64,000 nt of DNA from Nitrososphaeraceae archaeon. GTDB lineage: Archaea; Thermoproteota; Nitrososphaeria; Nitrososphaerales; Nitrososphaeraceae. The translations under genes and the position numbers were made by a program. Shown piece after piece: positions 20,912 to 31,169 of the stretch. The notes beneath the pieces were generated by a model, which searched no databases, was not told where the DNA came from, and saw only the letters and a list, made by a program, of their open reading frames with translations. The DNA is taken from the NCBI GenBank assembly GCA_035250975.1, contig DATFEP010000043.1, forward strand, positions 36,889-100,888, in the 5' to 3' direction. How positions within the stretch are numbered: the stretch's first letter is position 1; every line of letters starts with the position of its first letter.

Positions 20912-21038
20912 AAGAAATTATAAAAGTATTACTATATGAAGTTGTGTATAAGATACCAGAAATCTTTACATCAAGTCAAATATTATTGATATACTACAAT
21001 TATTATTTAGTAAATCAATCCATTGTAGTTACCAATCT

Positions 21039-21929
21039 ATGAACGAAACAGAACTTAAGCAATTATTCAAAAGTTCAATTAAAAACAGACATATTCAAAA
21101 TAATCATCATCTTCCTATCCATATTTCAGATTATCAATCTCATCAAATAAAGATAAAGGAGGAAGCATACTTTGGCATTTTTGACTTTGTAATTGTAATT
21201 GTTCATAAAAATAATGAGAAACAAGGAGATATAAACAATACCTATATTGGTACCGCCAGAAAGGACCTTTTCTTTCAAGACGAAGGACGTGATGATGATT
21301 ATGATGTTTATCAGAACATTCGTATGCGAACTCACCAGTTTATTCAAATAGCTAAACAAGAAAAATGCAATGTAAAAAATTTAACGTTTATTCCAGTAGA
21401 GGTAAAATCAGATAGCGATGTACTTGACAAACGTCTTCCTAATCAAATATTAAATGCTATCTTAACCTTTGGTCGGTCATTTTTAGTACTTGATGAGAAA
21501 CATATTTCCAAGAACCTTCATCTGTTAAAACTTCTTCCAACAACAATTATAGGATATACAGGTAAAGACGATTATTTTGAAGTACTGTCTGTATTCGATA
21601 GATTCGTAATGAACGGAATATTTAGTATTCCGAAGAGAAGTTTTAACAAGTTACTACTTGATAGTAAGGTAACAAAACAATTTAGTGACATAGATAAGAT
21701 ATATAAAACTCTGGTTACATTGGAAAGGATAAACCAGAAACTGGTGTTTAACTATCTATTTAGATTTGGAACTAATCTTTTGGATGAGAATTTTTTGTTA
21801 CAGGAAGAGATACAATTTCTAAATAAATTTTGTGAACTTTTTAAAATACCCACAGAAAATTCATACAAAAAAGAGATTATCAGATTAATTAAAAATAGTG
21901 AAAATCATTTGATTACTGATTTTCTATAA
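21039..21929 (+). CDS. Putative PD-(D/E)xK nuclease (sce7726/MmcB-like) with C-terminal PIP-like motif
   Basis: FDFV...VEVKSDSDVLDKRLPNQ...LVLDEKH; ends NHLITDFL. Confidence 0.6.
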   Translation: MNETELKQLFKSSIKNRHIQNNHHLPIHISDYQSHQIKIKEEAYFGIFDFVIVIVHKNNEKQGDINNTYIGTARKDLFFQDEGRDDDYDVYQNIRMRTHQFIQIAKQEKCNVKNLTFIPVEVKSDSDVLDKRLPNQILNAILTFGRSFLVLDEKHISKNLHLLKLLPTTIIGYTGKDDYFEVLSVFDRFVMNGIFSIPKRSFNKLLLDSKVTKQFSDIDKIYKTLVTLERINQKLVFNYLFRFGTNLLDENFLLQEEIQFLNKFCELFKIPTENSYKKEIIRLIKNSENHLITDFL

Positions 21930-22397
21930 TTATTACGATAGTCCGAAATATTAATTTTATAAAATAACTATAATATTTTGTAGTGGGTTGTTGGCTAAAT
22001 TCAAAATCTAAAGATAAAATTGAGTATTAAATATTAAAAATCACCAGAAATATTTTTGATTAATTTGCTGTAGTTATTAAATCATTTAGATCAATAGAGA
22101 GATGAAGGTTCCTATTATAAATAAAAATAAACTACATTGTTGAAGTGTGACATACCGTCGATGCTGTAAAAAGACAATTGCGGAACGAAGAAAATGAATT
22201 ATTCATTTTCTACCCCTTTCTACTCGGGTATAATCAAAAACAACATTTAGTCTAGATTTAATAAATTGAAGATTAAACTTTGATCAATAGAAAAATAGTC
22301 AGATAAACCAATTTCCACCTAAGATTACAACGTATATATACTAATTAAAGAGATATACTGAAACTATTATAAGAAATGCTATGTATAACAAACTACA

Positions 22398-22829
22398 ATG
22401 AATTTTTCTAATGATAATGAGAATATAGATTTTGCTGCAATACTTACTGGAAGAGAAGAAGTGCCAGTAGTAGATACTTTAGATACTGCTTTAGCAACAT
22501 TCCAATCCAAAGATAATGAAGATCTAAAATTTTGCGTTAAAATTACAGATATGAGTAAAATAAAACAAGTTAGTATTGACGTAGGTAAACATGAGAAAGG
22601 AGAAACAGTTGCAGAGCTATATAAGTCTGAAACTCCATCAGACGAGGTTACCGGCAAATTATGTGAAGGGGATATAAATTCACAGGATCTGAAAGGGCCG
22701 TTACAAGGAAAGAATACCGAAGAATTGGTCAAAAAAATAGAAAACGGAGAAGCATATGTAAATATATTGACAGAGGATAAACCGAAGGGAAAAGTAAGAG
22801 GACAAATTAAAAAGTTAGATCATATTTGA
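22398..22829 (+). CDS. CHRD domain protein
   Basis: LTGREEVPVV, DLKGPLQG, GEAYVNI.T...PKGKVRGQI. Confidence 0.85.
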   Translation: MNFSNDNENIDFAAILTGREEVPVVDTLDTALATFQSKDNEDLKFCVKITDMSKIKQVSIDVGKHEKGETVAELYKSETPSDEVTGKLCEGDINSQDLKGPLQGKNTEELVKKIENGEAYVNILTEDKPKGKVRGQIKKLDHI

Positions 22830-22954
22830 GAATTTTTATGGATATTAAAGAAATAATAAATATTAGAAATGAGGTTGTAGGACGATGATGCTTCCATCTT
22901 GTTGGTGCTCCTAGTCGTGGCCGAGGTGTTTTGCCTACGAACAGTCACACCATC

Positions 22955-23347
22955 TCAAATTAATATACCTAACAGGAATTTTCTATAATCTTCATGCATC
23001 TTTGTCTTTTCTTCTACGAGTTTCTTTTTCAAAGCACACCTAAAGTGGTATCTTCTTTTTCTACCTTTTGAAAACTTGTTTGATACAACCAGGCTGTGAA
23101 CAAAGATTTCCAGACCACACTCCCAACAATTGATTTTTGTGGCGATAACTGGTCTGTTTACATCCCTTACCACATTGTCCTGATTTATTCGTGTAAGAAC
23201 TTGATTCTTTCTACTTTCTGTAAGTAGTTCTAGACAATACTTGGAGTCTGGAGGACATTCATAGTGTTCCATAATCATATATTTGATAATCTTTATGGTT
23301 ATTGCTGGATCTTTTTTATTTGTAACAAGGGATTGCGAAGAAGACAT
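22955..23347 (-). CDS. Hypothetical Zn-binding protein
   Basis: CWEC...YHFRCA (CxxC...HxxC). Confidence 0.55.
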   Translation of the reverse strand: MSSSQSLVTNKKDPAITIKIIKYMIMEHYECPPDSKYCLELLTESRKNQVLTRINQDNVVRDVNRPVIATKINCWECGLEIFVHSLVVSNKFSKGRKRRYHFRCALKKKLVEEKTKMHEDYRKFLLGILI

Positions 23348-23836
23348 ATCTACAGAATTTTTTGATAATTATATTAAAGTTTTCCCCAAAGTTAAAACAA
23401 TGTTTTTATCCTTCCGGTAGCCTCTGAGGCCTGAATATCTTTATCTTAAAATCGGTTTATTTGAATTTCATGTCATTCTTCTTTGCTTTCTTTTTAAAAG
23501 TCTGTTTTATATGAAGGTACTTCAGTGAAAACCTGATTCTTGGGTACATTTCTGCAAAATCTTTCTATAACCGTTATAACCTTTTCTGTACTTTTTGATG
23601 TTGGGGAGTGTCGTCTGTCTGGTGAATATACTTGATTGCTACAGACGTTCGCCTGACATAAAAAAAACTCTGCATTGGTTGTAGTTTTCATCAGGTAGTC
23701 ATGACCTCCCTATTTTTAGTTCCATTTAACACTTTGTAGATTCTGTAAACAGCATCGATGACAGAAGTATTATTGAGGGTGACCAAATAATTAAAAATTA
23801 ATCAATTTAGTCATCTCCTTCTAATATAATACTAGT

Positions 23837-23935
23837 ATGTATGATATAATCATAAGTCAACCAAGGATAAAGAAACCACCGAATACGCCATCAAAACCTA
23901 AATCACCTTTAGAAAGAGGAGGTATAAAATTCTGA
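23837..23935 (+). CDS. 32-aa upstream ORF (MYDIIISQPRIKKPPNTPSKPKSPLERGGIKF)
   Basis: ATG to TGA; its stop overlaps the CTG of htrA (CTGA). Confidence 0.4.
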   Translation: MYDIIISQPRIKKPPNTPSKPKSPLERGGIKF

Positions 23936-24927
23936 TTCCTATAACTGAAGCAACATTTATCGACGCTATTGAAAACATCACTAAGAATGTGGTTAATATT
24001 GCGAGTGTGAAAATGGTAACTGATCAGCTCTTCCGTATATTTCCAATTGAAGGTGTCGGATCTGGCATTATCATCGATAGTCAAGGTCACATACTCACAA
24101 ATTATCATGTAGTCGACCATGCCAGGAGATTAAAAGTTACCTTACATGACGGAAGAACATTTAATGCTAAAGTAATAGGAACTGATAAGCTAACTGACCT
24201 TGCTGTATTAAAAATCGAATTGAATTCTATAAGTTTTGATGAATCTAACAATAATGATACTAATTATCATGATAACAAGTCAATAACCTCGGTGCCATTT
24301 GCTAAATTAGGAGATTCTGACGTTCTAAAAGTGGGTCAAATAGTCATAGCCGTTGGTAATCCATTTGGTCTAACAGGAGGACCTACGGTTACGACCGGAA
24401 TTATTAGTTCCATAAATAGAAACATCGAATTTGAGGATGGAGTATTAGAATTGGTTCAAACCGATGCAGCAATAAATCCAGGCAATTCTGGCGGACCTTT
24501 AGTAAATACTAGCGGAGAAGTAGTTGCCATCAATACTGCAAAAATACCTTATGCCCATGGAATAGGATTTGCAATCCCCGTTAACACAGCAAAAAAGGTA
24601 TTGGAGGAGTTAATACAATATGGGAAGGTCAATCGACCATGGTTAGGCATCTCTACAATCAAGATAACCGGTAGAATAGCAAGGTATTATCGGTTACCAA
24701 CCAATGAAGGTGCGCTAGTTGTAAAGGTGGAAGAATATAGTCCCGCAGCTGATGCAGGAATAAGACCAGGTGATATCATCGAGGAGATTGATGATAAAAG
24801 GATAGAAGAAATAACAGAGCTTTCATCTCAAATCAAAAAGAAGAAGATAAATGAAAAAACTTTATTATCTGTGAATAGATATGGGAGACGATTTAATGTT
24901 TCAGTGATATTGGAGAATCAGCCATAA
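23932..24927 (+). CDS. htrA: HtrA/DegP-family serine protease with PDZ domain (probable CTG start at 23932)
   Basis: GSG, TNYHV, DLAVLKI, QTDAAINPGNSGGPL; GAGGAGGT 8 nt before an in-frame CTG. Confidence 0.92.
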   Translation: MIPITEATFIDAIENITKNVVNIASVKMVTDQLFRIFPIEGVGSGIIIDSQGHILTNYHVVDHARRLKVTLHDGRTFNAKVIGTDKLTDLAVLKIELNSISFDESNNNDTNYHDNKSITSVPFAKLGDSDVLKVGQIVIAVGNPFGLTGGPTVTTGIISSINRNIEFEDGVLELVQTDAAINPGNSGGPLVNTSGEVVAINTAKIPYAHGIGFAIPVNTAKKVLEELIQYGKVNRPWLGISTIKITGRIARYYRLPTNEGALVVKVEEYSPAADAGIRPGDIIEEIDDKRIEEITELSSQIKKKKINEKTLLSVNRYGRRFNVSVILENQP

Positions 24928-24969
24928 CTATTTTTTTTTATGTTTTCTGTTACTAAATGAGTTCATTTT

Positions 24970-25027
24970 ACTTACCATATAGTAAGTTGCTTTATACATA
25001 TCCACTTACCAATTTATATATACTTAC
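24970..25027. promoter_or_regulatory. ACTTAC/GTAAGT operator-like cluster
   Basis: ACTTAC-N6-GTAAGT plus two further ACTTAC direct copies upstream of a wHTH gene. Confidence 0.5.
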
Positions 25028-25042
25028 ATTAATATAGTTAAT

Positions 25043-25786
25043 GTGGCGTGTAAAATAAAAATAAAAGAAAATACTCAAATTCAAAATAAAAATAGCATAG
25101 ATAAGGATAATTTAACCGTATTACTTACATCGTTTCCGGATAAACAAAAGATATATGATAATAATTCTTCTATATCTCTCTCAGACCTTAGACAACATGA
25201 TATAGATATTATGAATATTTTGTATGGTAATGAAGATGAAAATACTATAGCCACATTTTCATTTAATGGACTCAAGAGTATGTTAGATATACATCAAGAA
25301 ATTTTATCAAGATCACTGAGACGATTACAGGAATTGGGTTTGATTGAGAGAACCAAATTAGGATATAGATCTACGAAAGATGGAAAAATAATATTTTCAA
25401 ATCTGAAGGGTTCATCAAATGAAGAAATAAGTAATCAAACAAAATATACACAAATTCTTCAAGTGTATGTACCATACAAACTTGTTAATAAAAAAATAGT
25501 TCAAAGTATTTCAGGAAAATGGTTTGACAACCTAAGATGGGTAGGTATGGTACAAACATTAACAGGGTATCAGTTAAAATGGAAAGATATAGAAAACTGT
25601 ATCGAAATAGTTGTGTATCTGTCTGAGAATAATATCATCATAGAAACAAACGACAATCAGTCAGATATTTCCAAAGCATTCAGATATTCTACAAGAATCA
25701 TAGAATCAATTGGTGACATAGTAATTGAAAATAACTCTTTAATTTATCCTATAAAAAATAATGATTACAATAAAATAGATAATTAA
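25043..25786 (+). CDS. Winged-helix DNA-binding protein
   Basis: FSFNGLK...HQEILSRSLRRLQELGLIER..GY. Confidence 0.75.
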   Translation: MACKIKIKENTQIQNKNSIDKDNLTVLLTSFPDKQKIYDNNSSISLSDLRQHDIDIMNILYGNEDENTIATFSFNGLKSMLDIHQEILSRSLRRLQELGLIERTKLGYRSTKDGKIIFSNLKGSSNEEISNQTKYTQILQVYVPYKLVNKKIVQSISGKWFDNLRWVGMVQTLTGYQLKWKDIENCIEIVVYLSENNIIIETNDNQSDISKAFRYSTRIIESIGDIVIENNSLIYPIKNNDYNKIDN

Positions 25787-26330
25787 TGACAAATTAATGA
25801 TTCTTCCGAATATATGTTATTTTTCGTATATACGCCTTTTAATATAAAAATAATTAATTATATAGAGATAAAAGAATTCTATATAGGATTTGATCCAATC
25901 ACTTATCGATTAGGCTAAAAGAGATAAAGAGAATTAAACTGATAGAGAGAAGGAGCAGTCCAAGTGAAGACGATATCAGCAACGAACACTATCCTAAGCA
26001 AAGATGACTGATTTCTTACCGAGCAGGGTTGATTGTTGTTGGTACTTTTGAAATAATGCACCAGAATATTTTATTTGCAAATATACCAAAAAAGCAGAAT
26101 TCAAAAAAACAAATGATAAAACAATGTTGCAACTAACAGACATGAAAAATAAATTTGTCTAAATTTTATTTTGTGAATAAAAGAAATATGACTTCAAAAA
26201 CAACAACTAGTCAATATTTTGATAAACATATTAATCTATTCTTGTTTAAAGATGATAAAAACATAAATTGTTTTGTGACTTTATTTGAAAATGTAGGTCT
26301 ATATTTACCTGATACTATACTATATATATT

Positions 26331-26672
26331 ATGACAAAAGAATTAGAAAAAGTTGTTTCATTGAATGCAACAGATTGGAACGACAAAGTATTGCATTCTG
26401 ATATCCCAGTGCTAGTAGATTTTTGGGCAGAGTGGTGTGGTCCCTGTAAAATGGTTGGCCCAATTGTTGAACAATTAGCTTACTCTCTAGATGGAAAAGT
26501 TAAAGTCTCTAAACTTAACGTTGATCAAAATGAAGAAATTGCAGTAAAATATAATATTCAATCTATACCTTCACTAGTTTTGTTTAAAAATGGCAATGAG
26601 ATAGCTCGAACTGTGGGAGTTTCTCCAAAGGAAAAATACGAAGCATTTGTGAATAGTGCATTAAATTCATAA
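26331..26672 (+). CDS. trxA: Thioredoxin
   Basis: VDFWAEWCGPCK, SIP. Confidence 0.95.
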   Translation: MTKELEKVVSLNATDWNDKVLHSDIPVLVDFWAEWCGPCKMVGPIVEQLAYSLDGKVKVSKLNVDQNEEIAVKYNIQSIPSLVLFKNGNEIARTVGVSPKEKYEAFVNSALNS

Positions 26673-27322
26673 ACAACTGTCCACTATTTGTTCATTTATA
26701 TCATTGTGTCCAAAATGAAGTATAATGATTAGGAACACTATCTACAAGATAGGCTGATGCCTTATCATAGAAGGTGTTATTAGGTCTAATCATTGAAGAA
26801 ACAATATAATTAAATTGTTGTGGATTTCCAAAGAACATGGGATCTATAAACACTTGAACCATATTTTTGAACATATCCGATATTTTGGATAATGGAAGAT
26901 TATATTTATTGTTAGTATTATTAAAAATTGGATTCGCTGTAAGACATAAACAGGTGCAGAAAGAGACCATAAGAGATTATCTTACTGAGCAAGACAAGCC
27001 CCTCTAAATGAGAAATAGGAATGAAATCAACGATTACGATATGAGATTAGGGAGAATGCCAAACTACTATAGGACCTTTCACTAGGAAAACATATCATCA
27101 TACAAATTAAGGCAAAGATAGAAAATGTTGAAAGGCGTGAATCAGAACAGTAAGTTATTTCTGGAAGTCCTCAATTCAAGAAACTCTACAACTTTTGAAG
27201 GAAAAGGAATTTGAATACATCCTTCAGGACAGTATTGATAAAGGCAGTACTAAAGAAAAAAGGATTCAGTTCTCTAGAATATCATTTTTTAATAACCTGC
27301 ACTATTAATTACATTATACTTA

Positions 27323-27706
27323 ATGAAAAATATCTTAATAGTTGATGATGACCTTGATACTTCTTTAAGATATAAGAAATGGTTGGAAGAAGAAGGTTTC
27401 AATCTAACCTTAATCAATGACCCAGAATTTGCAGAACAAAACTTTAGATCTCAGGACTATGATCTAGTTCTTGTTGGTTTTAGAATGTCTATGATGGATG
27501 GTTTTGATCTTTATAATAAGCTACTTGACATATCAAAAAGCGTAGAAGATACACCACAAGAATTTAAAATATGTTTTATGACATCATCATTAATAAATTA
27601 TAAAGTCTTGGCAGAAATGCATCCAGAATTTGGAGAAGAATGTTACGTTTGCAAAAAAGTTGCAAAAGATATTTTCATAAACCATGTCAATTCCTTGATA
27701 CCGTAA
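27323..27706 (+). CDS. Atypical response-regulator receiver (phosphoacceptor Asp replaced)
   Basis: ILIVDDD, YDLVLVGFRM (Gly at the Asp site), MDGFDL, FMTS. Confidence 0.85.
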   Translation: MKNILIVDDDLDTSLRYKKWLEEEGFNLTLINDPEFAEQNFRSQDYDLVLVGFRMSMMDGFDLYNKLLDISKSVEDTPQEFKICFMTSSLINYKVLAEMHPEFGEECYVCKKVAKDIFINHVNSLIP

Positions 27707-28077
27707 TAACTCATTTCTTGTTAATTATTTTTAAAGTATGAAAAACATTATATCCATAATAAAGTAATCAAATTATTTATTTGACTAATTGATTGAAAAT
27801 GTTTATCAGTGTCTCCTATTATTTATACATATGTCTTGTTCTTTATTCCTACTGTGGAGTAAGAATAAGAGTCTTGAGTTTCTATCTATCTAGTAAAATA
27901 ATATATACTTGATAAAAATAAAATTATAATTATAATTTATTACTCTAGTTATAGTGTTACTGTAATAATTTCATTTGTACCTGAAGATCATTTTCTAACT
28001 GTGTTACTATAGTAGATTCAAAATGTTGAAGGATGAAGAGGTATGAGATACGAGTAACATGAAAGAGAATTATTAAT

Positions 28078-28467
28078 TTATAAATTTCTCTTTTCTTTTT
28101 GAATTAAAGGAATAATTTTTTCCATTATTATATTATCAAAATTACATTCCTCAAAATCCATAGTTAAAAATACATAATAATTTTCATTGATTGGAATTAT
28201 ACATCTACTCATGTTTTCATATCTTCTAAATGCATAGATTAATTTACCCATTTTTGATTCAAATTTTATTCTTGCTTTATGTCTAGTTATTGAATTTTTT
28301 GCAAATTCGTTATTTTCTTCTTTGGTAAGGAGGAGCTTTAGCCCTTCTCTAACTCTTTCATTTATAATAGTACCGTCATGATCAGTTATTCCTACCCATC
28401 TTATAGACTGGTTACAATTGATTATATTTTCTATAAAAACAGAATGAAATTTATCATTTAATACCAT
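28078..28467 (-). CDS. Thaumarchaeal roadblock/longin-like protein (DUF6659-like)
   Basis: IRWVGI.D..G.I....REGLK.LLT.EE...KMGKL.Y pattern. Confidence 0.7.
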   Translation of the reverse strand: MVLNDKFHSVFIENIINCNQSIRWVGITDHDGTIINERVREGLKLLLTKEENNEFAKNSITRHKARIKFESKMGKLIYAFRRYENMSRCIIPINENYYVFLTMDFEECNFDNIIMEKIIPLIQKEKRNL

Positions 28468-28569
28468 TTGTTTGCTAGATAATTTTTTTAATCGTAATAA
28501 AAAAGTTATGAATGAGTATTATCATGAATAAAAAATCCTTACGATTAATTAATTGGTCTATTACTCTAG
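28433..28569. repeat. Dispersed duplication, copy 1 (copy 2 at 63828-63961): promoter plus 5' end of the DUF6659-like gene
   Basis: Shared core TAGATAATTTTTTTAATCGTAATAAAAAAGTTATSAATGAGTATTATCATGAATAA. Confidence 0.85.
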
Positions 28570-28867
28570 CGATATTGTGTAAAATGAGCATAGCCTTCAA
28601 TTGAAGAGGGCTTAATTATTCAAAGAGAAGGAATTTAAATATGTTTAATTGTGACTATAAACAAAGACTGCTAAAATCAGAACTAAGGGAAAAGTCTGAT
28701 GGTTTGACCAACAATAATCTTGTAAATGTACCAAGACTAGATCCAAAAGATACCAAAAAGTATAAGGTTATACCTTATCACTAATTATCTATCCACTTCA
28801 ACGATTTTAGCATTTTTTTAAAGTCGGGAAGATATTTTTCATATAAGTGATTAGATATCCTATAAGC

Positions 28868-29587
28868 GGTCCTGTTAACTTAAGGAAAGAGCTATAGCTG
28901 TGAACGTTCTATTCTAACAATATATGTTGTTAAGATTTGTCAGAAATAGAATATCCACATGTATAGTAATGTATTCTTTGTATTTGTACTTTCTTGGTCT
29001 CAGTCTACGAAATACATCTAAAGCATTGGAATTGTTTAAGGACCAAAAAAGAAGTTATGTTGCTGTTTGGAAATGGATTCAACGATTTGGTTCATTGCAG
29101 ATCTATGACAAACATAGAAGAATGTCCGCATTTATCATAGATGAAACTATAATTCAGATTGGTAATCAACATTTTTGGTTGTGGATCTGTATGGAACCTG
29201 TTCATAAATCTATACTTGGGATCTACATTTCTGAAGAGAGAAACATGTTTGTAGCAGAGAATTTTATCAGATCACTTGTATCAAAGTATGGTAGACATAC
29301 AGTTTACACTGATGGTGGTACTTGGTATCCACAAGCCTGTAACTTTTTAAATCTGAAACACATATTGCATTCTCGTCTAGAGAAAAGTCTGATTGAAAGG
29401 ATGATGCAGTATTTCAAAGATAGAACTGAATGTTTTGATGATTACTATCCTTGTAATAATAAACAAAATTGTGATCTATCACATGTATACAATTGGATCA
29501 AACTATTTGTTTATCTGTATAATGCAAAAATTAGAAACAATATTGTATTCAAAATTGGAGGTGAAATGGTCTTAAGTTAACAGCACT
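28868..29587 (+). mobile_element. IS6-family insertion sequence, 720 bp
   Basis: 17-bp TIRs GGTCCTGTTAACTTAAG / AGTGCTGTTAACTTAAG (15/17); 8-bp TSD CTATAAGC at 28860-28867 and 29588-29595. Confidence 0.92.
28924..29580 (+). CDS. IS6-family DDE transposase
   Basis: GLSLR, WKWIQRF, IDET, YTDGG.WY, SLIER motifs; stop lies inside the right TIR. Confidence 0.92.
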   Translation: MLLRFVRNRISTCIVMYSLYLYFLGLSLRNTSKALELFKDQKRSYVAVWKWIQRFGSLQIYDKHRRMSAFIIDETIIQIGNQHFWLWICMEPVHKSILGIYISEERNMFVAENFIRSLVSKYGRHTVYTDGGTWYPQACNFLNLKHILHSRLEKSLIERMMQYFKDRTECFDDYYPCNNKQNCDLSHVYNWIKLFVYLYNAKIRNNIVFKIGGEMVLS

Positions 29588-29696
29588 CTATAAGCTATTA
29601 AATATGGTTTTTTATTATGAATTACATAGTAGATTGTTCTAATATTTTACTATTTTAAAGAAATATCAGATCTTATTACAATTTTCTTACAAGATA

Positions 29697-30005
29697 CTAT
29701 CCTGGCATAATCACTTGTTCAATTTCCTTATCCGTAGGCGGCGAACCACTAAAGGAGCCATCAAATACAACCGTCACTTTCTTGTTTCCAAGCATTGCTG
29801 CAGTAAATACTGTTACCATCCCATTAAATGAACTGTCATGATTATTGGTAATATTATACCATCCAACATCAAGACCACCACCCCATAGAGATACCTTTGC
29901 TGTTTTGGAATCCTTTTTTACATCTATTCCAGTTACATTGACATCATTAAATTCTGAACCCATTATTTTATAACCAAATTTAATGAATTTATATATTTTG
30001 GTCAA
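29697..30005 (-). CDS. Small hypothetical beta-rich protein (probable start MGSEFNDV)
   Basis: Ordered-looking ORF; AAMLGNKKVTV pattern. Confidence 0.55.
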   Translation of the reverse strand: MTKIYKFIKFGYKIMGSEFNDVNVTGIDVKKDSKTAKVSLWGGGLDVGWYNITNNHDSSFNGMVTVFTAAMLGNKKVTVVFDGSFSGSPPTDKEIEQVIMPG

Positions 30006-30380
30006 ATAAATTTGAAATACTATATGTTACACATCGAATAATTCACATGTCTGTGATAAAATTCCTAAATCTAGCAAAGGATTTATTATAGGTAAAATTG
30101 ACTGCCAATAATCAAATAGATATCCTATTTTCTATGATAGATATTATCTAGATCCTTTGTAATTTTTTCTTTATCCCAGGTATAAAGTATGAGTCAAGTC
30201 CTTTCAAAATTTGGTTTAACAGATAAAACAGAGGTACTTATATGTTTTCAACGAGAATTTGTGGTTCAGAAAAAAATACAATTGGAAAAGGAAACCATTT
30301 TTTGTTACTCTTTTGTAAGATTTTTGTAGTGTAGCATATAATTAAATCATATATTTAATAACTGAGCTTATTTTGATCTT

Positions 30381-30965
30381 TTAATTTTGTTGACTTGTTC
30401 CCGGTGGACTTGTTCCCGGTGGACTTGTTCCCGGTGGACTAATTGCGTCTTTTGTAAAGATTAATCCTCCAATCAATGTTTCTGCATGCTCGTATACAGC
30501 TATCACTTCGGCTTTTCCAACAATGTTCTGATTATATTTCAATACTACAGCGTTCAGTTCTCTCCAGGCATTTCTTGTATCATTTGATTTCGCTCCCAAG
30601 TTAAAGGCAGTCATTAAAGAGATACTCACTGCAGCCAGAAAACCAAAAATCTGGCTTGCTACTTTTTGATCATGTAATTGTTTTATTTCTTTTTGTGCAG
30701 CTTCTATTATCTGGCTTGAATTACTTGTATTGTCTATATTATCTGGAATGATTCCAGTGGAACTGAATCCAATGGCAGCAAGTATTGAAAAAATTGTAGC
30801 TGTTACCCCAAGGATAATATGTAATCTCCATAGATTTGTAGTATTTTTTCCCCATAATGCTAAAATCTTGAAAATTTCGGGTAATTCCTCTTTTACACGA
30901 CTATTTTTGTAAAGCTCTTCAACATCAGGTACTGGTCTTGAAATCAGTTTATCTATTATAGACAT
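30381..30965 (-). CDS. SLATT/DUF4231-like two-TM protein with TSPPG tail
   Basis: W..LHIILG TM1, second TM, then A...RNAWRELN helix. Confidence 0.6.
   Translation of the reverse strand: MSIIDKLISRPVPDVEELYKNSRVKEELPEIFKILALWGKNTTNLWRLHIILGVTATIFSILAAIGFSSTGIIPDNIDNTSNSSQIIEAAQKEIKQLHDQKVASQIFGFLAAVSISLMTAFNLGAKSNDTRNAWRELNAVVLKYNQNIVGKAEVIAVYEHAETLIGGLIFTKDAISPPGTSPPGTSPPGTSQQN
30392..30440. repeat. 15-bp coding tandem repeat GACTTGTTCCCGGTG x3
   Basis: Perfect copies encoding SPPGT repeats. Confidence 0.92.
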
Positions 30966-31169
30966 TTAATCTATTAATCAAATGATGCATATATTACTAT
31001 CGATCATTTTTTTCTTATAACACTATTTTCTAAACTAATAGATACAATTGATCATAAAATTATAAATTATTTTTTCGACTCTCATAACTTTAATCCATCA
31101 GTTATTATTTGGTGAGGAAAAATAATGAATCATCAAAAACATTATTAAAAAAGAAAACAAATTGGAAGT

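Noticed and set aside
26701-27270. 89-aa ORF and adjacent coding-like fragments
   Set aside because: No recognisable motifs; cannot support a call
30050-30300. Possible gene remnant on the minus strand
   Set aside because: Too degraded to assign
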